IMG/VR virus record: IMGVR_UViG_3300028837_001398
Location: 8,436-72,435 of that record
DNA from: a virus
Direction: 5' to 3' (one strand)
DNA length: 64,000 nucleotides
In this document: piece after piece, positions 1-8,191 of the stretch
Position numbering within the stretch: position 1 is the first letter of the stretch
How the letters are laid out: every line of letters begins with the position of its first letter
Translations under genes and position numbers: made by a program
Notes under the pieces: model-generated
The model's input: only the letters and a program-made list of their open reading frames with translations
What the model was told of the DNA's origin: nothing
Database searches by the model: none

Positions 1-768
1 TACCTGCAGCTCGGCCATGACTACGCGCTCGTGAGCCTCAACTGCGATGGGCTTTGGGTAGTCGACATCCTCGACGCATACAATCCCGCGGTCGCGGCCT
101 ACTATGAGAGCGCGCCCGCCTGGATCGGCAGCACCGCGCTGGTAGATACATATCTCTGCGCAAGCGGCGAGGGCGGCGTGTCCGTCTTGCGTGCCATCCC
201 TCTTTTCGACGACATGCGCTGGGGCGACTGGGGCGTGGCGGCTGTCCACGCCTGCGCGGACGCGGGCATCGTCGCGGGGTACGGTGAACGGACCTATGCA
301 CCCTCCATCCCGGTCACCCGCGACCAGATGGCGGTGTACGTCTCCCGGGCTCTGGCGGGCGGCGACGGAAATGTCCCCGCGCCCGGGGGTGATCCGACCT
401 TCTCCGATGTGCCAGAGGGGCGGTGGGGATACCGCCACATCGAATATGCGGTTGCTGCGGGCGTGGTCCAGGGCTACCCGGGTGGCATGTACTTGCCGGA
501 ACTGCCGGTGACACGTGACCAGATGGCCGTCTACGTCGCCCGCGCTGTCGTCGATCCGACGGGCGAGGATGGCCTCGCAAGCTACATCCCCCCGGCCGAG
601 GCGAACTTCTCCGACGTGCCAGAGGGCTCCTGGGCATTCAGCCACGTGGAATACTGCGCCGAACATGGGATCGTGCAGGGCTACCTCGACGGGACCTACC
701 AGCCGGGCGCGGTCGTAACGCGCGACCAGATGGCGGTCTACATCGCCAGGGCCTTCGGGTTGCAGTGA
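1..768 (+). CDS. S-layer homology (SLH) domain surface protein, 5'-truncated by the window edge
   Basis: Frame open from base 1; three SLH repeats (F.DV..W....GIV.GY..G.Y.P...VTRDQMAVY..RA) at the C-terminus, preceded by LVIVD-like beta-propeller segments. Confidence 0.9.
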   Translation, partial: YLQLGHDYALVSLNCDGLWVVDILDAYNPAVAAYYESAPAWIGSTALVDTYLCASGEGGVSVLRAIPLFDDMRWGDWGVAAVHACADAGIVAGYGERTYAPSIPVTRDQMAVYVSRALAGGDGNVPAPGGDPTFSDVPEGRWGYRHIEYAVAAGVVQGYPGGMYLPELPVTRDQMAVYVARAVVDPTGEDGLASYIPPAEANFSDVPEGSWAFSHVEYCAEHGIVQGYLDGTYQPGAVVTRDQMAVYIARAFGLQ

Positions 769-774
769 CGGCCA

Positions 775-984
775 GTGCCCGTTGGCGACCCGGAGATCAA
801 TATCAAGGCGGGCCACGACGGCCTCTGGGCCGAGTTCGAGATCGAGCCGCCTGTCTATGTCAGTTCCGCGGACATGGATTATCACCGCTCGGAGTGTCCA
901 CGCCTGGCAGACGATGCGAAGGCCACCAGTAGGTCGAAAGCGGAGGGCTCCGGTTTCAGCCCGTGCTCCGAATGCAAGCCGTGA
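775..984 (+). CDS. Small protein or C-terminal fragment with an Ada-type metal-binding motif
   Basis: YHRSECPRL...A...GFSPCSECKP motif; no clear RBS, so it looks like the tail end of a longer gene. Confidence 0.5.
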   Translation: MPVGDPEINIKAGHDGLWAEFEIEPPVYVSSADMDYHRSECPRLADDAKATSRSKAEGSGFSPCSECKP

Positions 985-1000
985 GGACGGCCGCGAGTCT

Positions 1001-2473
1001 GTGATTCCCGCCGTCATCTACGCGAGAGTTTCCTCCGAGCTGCAAGCCGTCCAGGGCGGCGGTCTCGAGGACCAAGTCCGGGCCTGCTGTGATCTATGCG
1101 AGCGCGAGGGCTGGGAGGTCAGGGCCACCTACCGGGACGAGGGGATCTCCGGGGCTACCGAGAACCGCCCTGCATTTCAGCAGGCCCTGCAAGCTGTTCC
1201 GAGCGGCGGTATCCTCGTCGTCGACCGCTATGACCGGCTCAGCCGTGACGCCCGCTATCGGCTCCAGCTCGCCGACGAACTGGCCCGCCGCGGTATTGCG
1301 ATTGTCTCCCCCCACGGCCGCGTCGATATCGAGAGTGCGGCAGGATTCCTCGTCTACGGCATCGACTCCGTAGTCTCCGAACACTACCGGCGGCTCATCG
1401 GCGAACGCACGGCCAGGGCATTCCAGCGCCGGCGCAAGCAGGGCCAGCAGCACGGCGGCACGGCACCCTACGGCTACACCTGGGGACCCGAGGGAGAGCT
1501 GATTCCACAAATGGAGCACGCCCGGGTGCTACGGCAGATCTTCGCCTGGGCACAGGAGGGCATTGGAAAATCGGCGATCGCCGGACGATTGAATAAGGCT
1601 GGAATCACGCGGCCGGACGGGAAGCAGGGACTGTGGCAGGACGCGACGATCAAAGACATCCTGCTGAATCCTGTCTACCTTGGTTTCGTCTGCCATCGCT
1701 TCCGCAAGCAGGTAAGCCAGACTGGCAAGACTGTGTGGCGCCGGCTCCCGGCGGACAAATGGGAAATCTTCGAGGGGAGCCACCAAGCGATCATTGACCG
1801 TGACCAGTTTGAGCAGGTACAGTCGATGTTGCGCTCGCGGTCCTGGCGCGTTCCGACCAACTATGGCCACCAGTTTCTGCTGACTGGTCTGCTCCATTGC
1901 CCCCATTGCGGCGGCCGAATGCACGGCAGTCACCAGCGAATGGGATCCCGGCGCTATCCCACCTACCGCTGCTCGACCCACATCCACTCCCGCACCTGTC
2001 GCTCCACATGTCGTGGGGCCGAGAAGTGGGAACGGGCCTTCATTGACGAACTGGAGGCGATCCTTGCTGGCGAACGGATTCTCGATCAGAGCTGGCACTA
2101 TGGAAGCGCCCGGCCGAGCAGTGAGATCGAGGAGACGGAAGCCGAACTGGCCGCACTGAGTAGCCGACGCGCGGCGATCTTCGAGGCGCTCGAGACGCGG
2201 CAGTGGCCCCTGGAGGTGTTACGGCAGCGGCTGGATCGGATCGAGGGCAGGGAGGTTGAACTCAAGCGGAAGAGGGTGGAGGCGCAGGGCCAGCAGACAA
2301 ATGGGAAGCCGCCGATACGGCTTCAAGGCTTGCGAGAGGTCCTGATGTCGAGGGATATCCCAGTAGCCCAGAAGCGCGCAGCATTGGCGGAAGTGGTCGA
2401 GCGCATAGACTGGAGGGAAGACGGCGGACTGGAGATCACGTTCCACGCGTTACGTCCAAACGCGAGAAGATGA
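1001..2473 (+). CDS. Large serine recombinase (phage integrase)
   Basis: GTG at 1001 after GAGGA; YARVSS catalytic motif, DRYDRLSR, recombinase domain (LLNPVYLG, HQAII), Zn ribbon (CPHCG...YRC...C) and coiled coil. Confidence 0.95.
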   Translation: MIPAVIYARVSSELQAVQGGGLEDQVRACCDLCEREGWEVRATYRDEGISGATENRPAFQQALQAVPSGGILVVDRYDRLSRDARYRLQLADELARRGIAIVSPHGRVDIESAAGFLVYGIDSVVSEHYRRLIGERTARAFQRRRKQGQQHGGTAPYGYTWGPEGELIPQMEHARVLRQIFAWAQEGIGKSAIAGRLNKAGITRPDGKQGLWQDATIKDILLNPVYLGFVCHRFRKQVSQTGKTVWRRLPADKWEIFEGSHQAIIDRDQFEQVQSMLRSRSWRVPTNYGHQFLLTGLLHCPHCGGRMHGSHQRMGSRRYPTYRCSTHIHSRTCRSTCRGAEKWERAFIDELEAILAGERILDQSWHYGSARPSSEIEETEAELAALSSRRAAIFEALETRQWPLEVLRQRLDRIEGREVELKRKRVEAQGQQTNGKPPIRLQGLREVLMSRDIPVAQKRAALAEVVERIDWREDGGLEITFHALRPNARR

Positions 2474-2521
2474 CCTCCTTTCCTTCAATTCACGTAAGCT
2501 CAGAGCAAACCCCACAGTGGG

Positions 2522-2550
2522 ATTCTACCACATTGGCAGATGGAACGCAA
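2522..2550 (-). promoter_or_regulatory. Sigma70-like promoter facing the 3' end of the integrase
   Basis: Minus strand TTGCGT-17 bp-TAGAAT with TGn extension; GAAAGGAGGT Shine-Dalgarno downstream at 2473-2482. Confidence 0.55.
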
Positions 2551-2562
2551 CATGAATCGGCG

Positions 2563-2757
2563 CTATCCTTCGCCCGCTGCATCCAATTCGTCGAGCACCT
2601 TCCTGCACCTCCGGTCTGGCCCGTTCTGTCCGCGCTCCCACCGGGAGACGGAGACACCGGATGTAACGCCGACCGCGTCGGCGAACTCCTCCTGCGACAT
2701 GCCGAGGCGCTGGCGCAGTGCGCGGATGCGCTCGGGATTCCAGCGTTTCTCTCTCAT
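2563..2757 (-). CDS. XRE/Cro-family helix-turn-helix protein
   Basis: IRALRQRLGMSQEEFADAVGVT..SVSRWERG; AGAGGAG RBS before ATG 2757. Confidence 0.88.
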   Translation of the reverse strand: MREKRWNPERIRALRQRLGMSQEEFADAVGVTSGVSVSRWERGQNGPDRRCRKVLDELDAAGEG

Positions 2758-2813
2758 TGTGGATTCTCCTCTAGCATCTGTCTCCCGCCCCAAACCTCAC
2801 CCCACCACGGGAA

Positions 2814-3167
2814 TCAGTGATCATCATGGTTTGTTACATCATCGAGCCACCGGCGCAAGGTCTGGACATCGCTGGCGGGATAAGTACGTGTACTGGCTGG
2901 CTTAGGGGTATCCGATGCTCGCTCTATCCATGCTGCCGCTCGCGCACTCGCTTCGCACAGACTCTCGTATGCCTCGCTTGGGGTAAACCCCACGCCACTG
3001 ATCGTGGTGTCCTGATCCTGGACAGGCGCCTCTGTCTTTGCGCGGACGAAGTGCATGAGCGAACTGCCGTTTCGGCCCGGCATCCATCCCCAAGGGCCAC
3101 GGCCTTCTTCGATGATTTGGTACTCGCCCCACTGCGCTATTCGCTCCGCACATTCCTTGCGTGTCAT
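2814..3167 (-). CDS. Hypothetical phage protein
   Basis: ORF with AGGAG RBS in a co-oriented cassette. Confidence 0.6.
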   Translation of the reverse strand: MTRKECAERIAQWGEYQIIEEGRGPWGWMPGRNGSSLMHFVRAKTEAPVQDQDTTISGVGFTPSEAYESLCEASARAAAWIERASDTPKPASTRTYPASDVQTLRRWLDDVTNHDDH

Positions 3168-3200
3168 CTTCCTCGCTCCTCCCGGGATCTCGCCCATTCG

Positions 3201-3455
3201 TCAGATTCTCCGCGCCCCTGACACCTGGAGGTCGTCTGGCATTCTCTCCCAGCGGTGGGCCACCATATTCCACTGCTCGAAATGGCAGTTAGAATCGCAG
3301 CCTAGTACCGGTCTCGGCCTCCTGCCATGCCTCACCTGCGTATCCTCCCCGCAGGACCGGCATTCGTAGCAATCATAGCCATCTACCGTCGCCCACATCG
3401 CCCAGTCGTGTTCGCCATCTACTCTGCGAATGCCACCCCTCTCTTCCGTCTTCAC
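3201..3455 (-). CDS. Hypothetical phage protein (Cys-containing)
   Basis: GGAGGAGG RBS; CxxC motifs. Confidence 0.55.
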   Translation of the reverse strand: MKTEERGGIRRVDGEHDWAMWATVDGYDCYECRSCGEDTQVRHGRRPRPVLGCDSNCHFEQWNMVAHRWERMPDDLQVSGARRI

Positions 3456-3485
3456 GGCATTCCTCCTCCGGGCTCTCGCCCTGTG

Positions 3486-4001
3486 TTATATGACTTCGCG
3501 CCAGTCCGTCCCGGTCCACGGGTCTATGCTCACGTCCGCTGGGCCGTATCGCTCATCGCCTGCCATGCCGCGCCCCTTGTAGCCGCCCCACTCGGGCTGC
3601 CGGTGGTCGCTTACCCGAATCGTCCGTCCGTCGTCGAGGTTGAAGTACACACTCTCGCCGGGGGCTGGCCGACGATCCGGGCTGCGACGGTAGTTGATGC
3701 CTGCCTTGCGGAGGCGATTCTCGACCCAACGCGCAACCCGTCCAGTGCCTGGCCAGCTTCCCTTACGCTCCAGATACTCAGCCCAACGTTCCTCCTCTGC
3801 GGCCTGCCTCGCCCTCACCGCCAGCCTCTCGGCCTCGCGCTCAGCCTCATATGCCTCTCGCTGCGCAGGGGTCAAGTTTGCTTCCCACTCGGCCACCGCC
3901 TTCTTCCAGCACCGGTGTGCCAACCGCTTACGCTCGATGGTATTGAGCGCCGGGTACTCCTCTTTGCGGATTGGCCTCCATTCCGGCTTTCGCGGGTACA
4001 T
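3486..4001 (-). CDS. Hypothetical phage protein
   Basis: AGGAGAGGAG RBS; C-terminal SVYF...IRVSDH motif; directly downstream of a strong promoter. Confidence 0.65.
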   Translation of the reverse strand: MYPRKPEWRPIRKEEYPALNTIERKRLAHRCWKKAVAEWEANLTPAQREAYEAEREAERLAVRARQAAEEERWAEYLERKGSWPGTGRVARWVENRLRKAGINYRRSPDRRPAPGESVYFNLDDGRTIRVSDHRQPEWGGYKGRGMAGDERYGPADVSIDPWTGTDWREVI

Positions 4002-4029
4002 CGCCTCTCCTCTCCTTAGCCTCACCTAT

Positions 4030-4057
4030 AGTATACCACGTCCTAGCATGTTGTCAA
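4030..4057 (-). promoter_or_regulatory. Sigma70-like promoter of the 4001-2563 cassette
   Basis: TTGACA-16 bp-TATACT with TGn extension on the minus strand. Confidence 0.7.
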
Positions 4058-4091
4058 TAGGCCCGGGGAAGAAAGTTTGGGGTGTTTTGGG

Positions 4092-4129
4092 CCAAAAAAG
4101 AGACCCCCGGCCGACCGGCCAGGGGCCTC
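4092..4129 (-). terminator. Intrinsic terminator ending the late/lysis operon
   Basis: GAGGCCCCTGGCC-ggtc-GGCCGGGGGTCTC followed by TTTTTT on the minus strand. Confidence 0.8.
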
Positions 4130-4162
4130 CAGGACTCCAGAGAAGAGCCGAAACTGGCATCT

Positions 4163-4486
4163 CTATTCAACCGAGGGCGGTGCCCGTTCCCAGGAGCCCC
4201 CAGCCAGGGCGCGCAGTGTCTGGTGCCCGCCGACTGCAAGGACACTGGCCACAAATCCAGCGAGGAACGCATCGGCCATCACGTCGGCGCCCCAGCCGCG
4301 CTCCCGCCAGAATGCCATCTGCGCGAACAACTGGCCTCCCAACAGGGCCACCAAGAGCGTCACCCGCCCTTTGGCGCCGAGGCGCTTTGCGAACTGGATA
4401 ACGCCTGTTGCGAGGAGTAGGGCGAGCGTCGGGGGCCATTTCAGCGCCGCCCAGGTCAGGTTCGCTAGGTCCGTGATGTCTCCCAC
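4163..4486 (-). CDS. Putative holin (three hydrophobic segments)
   Basis: 107 aa with three TM-like stretches; last gene of the lysis cluster. Confidence 0.6.
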   Translation of the reverse strand: MGDITDLANLTWAALKWPPTLALLLATGVIQFAKRLGAKGRVTLLVALLGGQLFAQMAFWRERGWGADVMADAFLAGFVASVLAVGGHQTLRALAGGSWERAPPSVE

Positions 4487-4496
4487 GTCATCCTCC

Positions 4497-5414
4497 TCAC
4501 TCGAATGTGTAGACTCGCCCTGCGTGTTCGTGCGGCACTACGGCCACGGAGTGCCAGAGATCCGAGGCGAAGAACTCCCGGCCCTGTTGCCGCGCGGCCA
4601 TGAGCGCGGGCGGAATGGTCTGTCTGGGCCTCATCATGTCCGCGCCGAGCCGCACTGGCAGCAGGATGATGGGCACCTTCTCCGCCGAGTACCGCAGCAT
4701 CTGCTGTATGTGATCATAGACGAGTGTGTCCAGCAGGGCATCGGCATACTCGAACAGGTCCATCTTCCGCGCCCGGACGTAGGGCGAGTCGTCTCCGCGG
4801 TTGCAGGCGACGACGGCGAGCACCACGTCGAGCTCGGGCTCGAGGTCCAGCAGGTCGCTGACCGGTATCGGGCGCGAGACGCCGCCGTCCACGGCCTTGC
4901 ACTCGCGGCCGTTGATCGTCATCGTCACTGGCTTGTACGCGCCGGGGATCGCCGTCGTCGCGCGGATCGCCGGAAGGAGCGGGCCCGAGGTCAGCGTCAC
5001 CGTCCGCCGGAGATTCGGGACCGCGACCGGGACCGCGAACGGGTGTGCCAGCGCCTCGAAGGTATGGACCGGCAACGTCGCCTGAAGCCATCTCTCCATA
5101 GCGTGCCCGTCATCGACCCCGACCTCTCCGAGCGTCGCTCCCGCTTGCCGACGTATCGCGCTGAGCCAAGCGATTCGCGCGACGCTCCACCAGTTCGGGC
5201 GCCAATAGTCGCTCAACTCGACATCCCTGGCAATTGCGCTCACCTCTGCGGGCTCTAGTCCAGTAGCTAGCAACGCGCACCACGGCGCGCCGCCGCTGGC
5301 AGCGGAGAACGCGGCTACGTCACTCCAGATGCCCGCCTCCTCTGCAGCCTCCGCTATCCCGGCTGCCGCCACCAGCTTGAGCCCGCCAGCGCTCGCGCAG
5401 AACCCGATCCGCAT
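4497..5414 (-). CDS. Patatin-like phospholipase
   Basis: SAGGLK oxyanion loop, AASGG nucleophile elbow, AIPG and DGG motifs. Confidence 0.85.
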   Translation of the reverse strand: MRIGFCASAGGLKLVAAAGIAEAAEEAGIWSDVAAFSAASGGAPWCALLATGLEPAEVSAIARDVELSDYWRPNWWSVARIAWLSAIRRQAGATLGEVGVDDGHAMERWLQATLPVHTFEALAHPFAVPVAVPNLRRTVTLTSGPLLPAIRATTAIPGAYKPVTMTINGRECKAVDGGVSRPIPVSDLLDLEPELDVVLAVVACNRGDDSPYVRARKMDLFEYADALLDTLVYDHIQQMLRYSAEKVPIILLPVRLGADMMRPRQTIPPALMAARQQGREFFASDLWHSVAVVPHEHAGRVYTFE

Positions 5415-5415
5415 G

Positions 5416-5949
5416 TCAGAACTGCCATTTCTGGGTGAGCATCACGCTCCTGTCCGCCACTCCAGCCCGCGTCGGTGCCAGCCCGAGCGAAAGCGTTGTC
5501 TCCGCTTCACCGCCGCCCCAGGCCGCTCCGCCGCTGAATCCCCATGCCAAGTGATTCTCGTCGATCTGTCCGTCAACCAGTCCGCCGCCGATCGCCACGA
5601 ACCCGTCGCCCACGCCCGCGCGCAGGCCCAGACCAGCTTTCCAGTCCGCTTCCCGGTCCCACAGGATGGTCGGATCCCAAATGTAGTCCAGGGAAACCTT
5701 CAGGCGTTTGCCGAACACTTTGGGTTCCGCCTTGGCCCAGTCGCCGACCGGCGTATGTGCCAGCGCCATCGTGCGCCGGTCCTGGTCGCCGACGACGCGC
5801 CACGCGGCGACGGCCTCGGTGTTCTCGATGCGCTGGGCGATACCCATGACGAGGTCCGCCGCGAAGTCTGGAACGTCCGCGGCCATCGCTGGCCCGCCCG
5901 CCGCTAGCGCGATTGCTCCGACCACAACTGCTACGATCAGTCTCTTCAT
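5416..5949 (-). CDS. Secreted, probable outer-membrane beta-barrel-like protein
   Basis: Signal peptide (MKRLIVAVVVGAIALAAGGPAMA), amphipathic Gly/aromatic strands, C-terminal ...LTQKWQF. Confidence 0.55.
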   Translation of the reverse strand: MKRLIVAVVVGAIALAAGGPAMAADVPDFAADLVMGIAQRIENTEAVAAWRVVGDQDRRTMALAHTPVGDWAKAEPKVFGKRLKVSLDYIWDPTILWDREADWKAGLGLRAGVGDGFVAIGGGLVDGQIDENHLAWGFSGGAAWGGGEAETTLSLGLAPTRAGVADRSVMLTQKWQF

Positions 5950-5963
5950 CTCTCTGTCTCCTC

Positions 5964-6200
5964 CTATTTCTCGCCGGTCTCCACGTTCCCCGGCGCTGTT
6001 GCGCTTTCAATGTCGATCTCTTCGTAGGTTCCGAGGAAGATACTCCTCGCGCACGGGTACTGCTCGCCCTCGATTCCTATGACGAGGAAATCCCCGGCAT
6101 TGCCCTTCATCGTCCCCTCGAGGGTCTGAACCGAGAACGGCTCTGTCATCTCCTTCGCGTGGATGATCTGCGGGCGTTTGCGGTAGTGCTTGAACCCCAT
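5964..6200 (-). CDS. Conserved small phage protein (PGDYG-like)
   Basis: YRKRP...TLEG.M....GD....G..GE.YPC...IF..TY pattern. Confidence 0.7.
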   Translation of the reverse strand: MGFKHYRKRPQIIHAKEMTEPFSVQTLEGTMKGNAGDFLVIGIEGEQYPCARSIFLGTYEEIDIESATAPGNVETGEK

Positions 6201-6202
6201 GT

Positions 6203-6556
6203 CTACTCCTCTCGTATGCTCACCATCAAACCGCGGTCGTGCATCGCCGAGAGCAGCTCCCGCGCTTGGCGGCTCGTCTGCTCCGCGTCCCGCAGCGTAT
6301 TGCTGGCCCGCGTCCCCACGCGCACCATGTGGTCTACCAACCCCAGCCCGGCCTTCACAAGCCGGCGCCACTCCTCGGGCACATCCTCGGCCACCTCCTG
6401 CAACTGCTGTACCAGCTCCGTCGCCTCGCCCATGAACACGCCAGCCGCGTCAAGTTGATTCGTCAGTTCCGCCAGGGCCTCGCCGGTCTGCGGGATCACC
6501 GCCCCAGTCGCCTGCTCGATAATGCCCACGAGTTTTTTGGTGCCGAGAATGTCCAT
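6203..6556 (-). CDS. Hypothetical helical/coiled-coil protein in the lysis module
   Basis: ATG just after the endolysin stop; heptad-like amphipathic sequence. Confidence 0.6.
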   Translation of the reverse strand: MDILGTKKLVGIIEQATGAVIPQTGEALAELTNQLDAAGVFMGEATELVQQLQEVAEDVPEEWRRLVKAGLGLVDHMVRVGTRASNTLRDAEQTSRQARELLSAMHDRGLMVSIREE

Positions 6557-6558
6557 GC

Positions 6559-7254
6559 TCACCGCCTGCCTCGCCGCGTATAGATATAGACCTTCCCGTT
6601 CTCCCCCTGCTCCGGGTGATAGCTGATACTCCCGCCCAGCGCCTCCACCACGGAGCGCAGCGGCCCCTCTGCCGTCCCGCCCCGGATGCTGCCCTGCCGG
6701 GACACCACCTCGTCGTTCACGAGAACCATGAGCCCGAACCGCTCCGCCTCCGTCCACCGCGGGTGCATCGCCCGCTCGTTCACCACCTCGAAGTGCATCG
6801 GGTCCGGCGTTCGCCATCGCCCCCCCCACTCCCAGCCGTGTTTCTCGAACAGCCCGACCAGCCGCGCGTCCTGCTGCGCGTCGCTGTCATACGGGCAGAG
6901 CGCGGCGTTCAGGTCTATAGCGATTCCCCACGTGTGGCGCGACAGGGTGCGGCGCGGGTTCCAACCCTTGTGCCGCGGCACCCAACAGCCATCGTAGGTT
7001 TCGATGGTGTGGGTGAGCCCGCGCTCGGCAACCTCCTGCAGGACCTCCGTCAGGCTGTCCGCGACGAGTGCATGGCAGGGTATCTCCCGGACGCGGTCGC
7101 CGGCCTGCGTCTCCATCGGAAACGGCGGCTCAATACGCGCGATGTTGTGGACGACCCAGTCGGCTGGCACTATCACCCGGCCGTGCTCCTCGGGATCGTC
7201 GCGCGACACGAAGTCGCCGAAGTTCTGCTTCACCCAGGCCGTCGTCCGGGCCAT
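6559..7254 (-). CDS. Endolysin, M15 family peptidase with a C-terminal copper-amine-oxidase-N-like domain
   Basis: R...SRHTWGIAIDLN and WGGRW..PDPMHFE Zn-peptidase motifs; C-terminal PLRSVVEALGGSISY. Confidence 0.9.
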   Translation of the reverse strand: MARTTAWVKQNFGDFVSRDDPEEHGRVIVPADWVVHNIARIEPPFPMETQAGDRVREIPCHALVADSLTEVLQEVAERGLTHTIETYDGCWVPRHKGWNPRRTLSRHTWGIAIDLNAALCPYDSDAQQDARLVGLFEKHGWEWGGRWRTPDPMHFEVVNERAMHPRWTEAERFGLMVLVNDEVVSRQGSIRGGTAEGPLRSVVEALGGSISYHPEQGENGKVYIYTRRGRR

Positions 7255-7505
7255 CACACCCTCCCGGCAATCGCAGCGATCGCCGTCGCCAACGCTGCCA
7301 GGGCGATCGCTATCGTCACCCAGAACTTGCGCGCGTCCAACGCTCCATTGGCGGGCCTCTTCTCCAGGGCCTCGATCCGCCGCTCGTTGTCGGGACACCG
7401 CTCTTCGAGCCTAGCGCTCAGGCGCGCGAATGCCAGCGTCTGCTCCCCCAGGGCATTCTCCACGCTGCCAAGCCTATCCAGAACCTCGTCTATGCGGTCA
7501 CTCAT
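7254..7505 (-). CDS. Holin/XhlA-like protein
   Basis: Coiled coil followed by one C-terminal TM helix, immediately upstream of the endolysin. Confidence 0.6.
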   Translation of the reverse strand: MSDRIDEVLDRLGSVENALGEQTLAFARLSARLEERCPDNERRIEALEKRPANGALDARKFWVTIAIALAALATAIAAIAGRV

Positions 7506-7516
7506 TCGCGGTTCCC

Positions 7517-7882
7517 TCAGTCCACGGCTTTTTCAGCGCCATCCACATACTCGAGGAGCCGCGCCACGATCACATCCGGCCACCGAGCCCCATTGCCCTT
7601 GACGGCAGCCTCCAGCAGCTTTGCCTCCGCGTCCTCCAGCTCCAGCGGCTCGGTCGCGTCGCGGACCTTGAGAGCCAGCGCGAGGGTCGCGGTGGGCTCC
7701 TTCGAGCTGTGCGTCTCCAGTTCGCGCAGAAGGGCAGCGCGCAGACTCAGCACATCGAGCCGGTACAGTTCCGCCCCGCACTGCGGGCAGTTGGCTGGCG
7801 CGAGCTCTGGCAACCGCCGCGGCAGCGCCTCGCCCTCCAGCGTTTTCAGACCGTCATCCAGTCCGTTCGGAAACGTCTTCAT
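7517..7882 (-). CDS. Hypothetical tail-associated protein
   Basis: GAGGAGG RBS; CPQCG motif; position after the fibre genes. Confidence 0.6.
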   Translation of the reverse strand: MKTFPNGLDDGLKTLEGEALPRRLPELAPANCPQCGAELYRLDVLSLRAALLRELETHSSKEPTATLALALKVRDATEPLELEDAEAKLLEAAVKGNGARWPDVIVARLLEYVDGAEKAVD

Positions 7883-8147
7883 GGTGTTGACTCCTCCTCA
7901 TATTCGCTCGGGTCCGGCTCCCAGTTCACAAGGTCCTCGGGCAGCTCGGGTGCCTGCTCGACGGCCAGCCTCAGTTCCTGATAGAGTGCCAGCGCCGCGC
8001 CCTTCTGTTGTGGGCCGTGAGCTTTACCCGCGGATTCTGCAACAGATCGAGCACGGCTGTCGTCTCGTCCAGCAGGGCCTGTCCAGCGGCCTGGCGCTCC
8101 CGCACTCGCCCAACCAGCGCTATCAGTTTTTGCTCTGGTGTCGCCAT
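7879..8147 (-). pseudogene. Small helical protein gene with a one-base frameshift near 8012
   Basis: ATG 8147 (MATPEQKLIAL...) stops early; the shifted frame (QQKGAALALYQEL...) ends in a TGA overlapping the next ATG; span is 269 nt (3n+2). Confidence 0.55.
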
Positions 8148-8164
8148 TTCCAGCTCCTATTTTG

Positions 8165-8186
8165 TGCTATACTGTTTGCTGGAGGT
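8165..8186 (+). promoter_or_regulatory. Extended -10 promoter and RBS of the sulfatase-like moron
   Basis: TGcTATACT followed by GGAGGT before ATG 8192. Confidence 0.5.
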
Positions 8187-8191
8187 GCGTC

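Noticed and set aside
782-1000. 73-aa N-terminal extension of the recombinase in the ORF track
   Set aside because: Low-information sequence overlapping another ORF; the catalytic domain and RBS point to GTG 1001
5964-6200. PGDYG-like protein as an anti-defence nucleotide sponge
   Set aside because: I cannot match it confidently to a characterised family without a search
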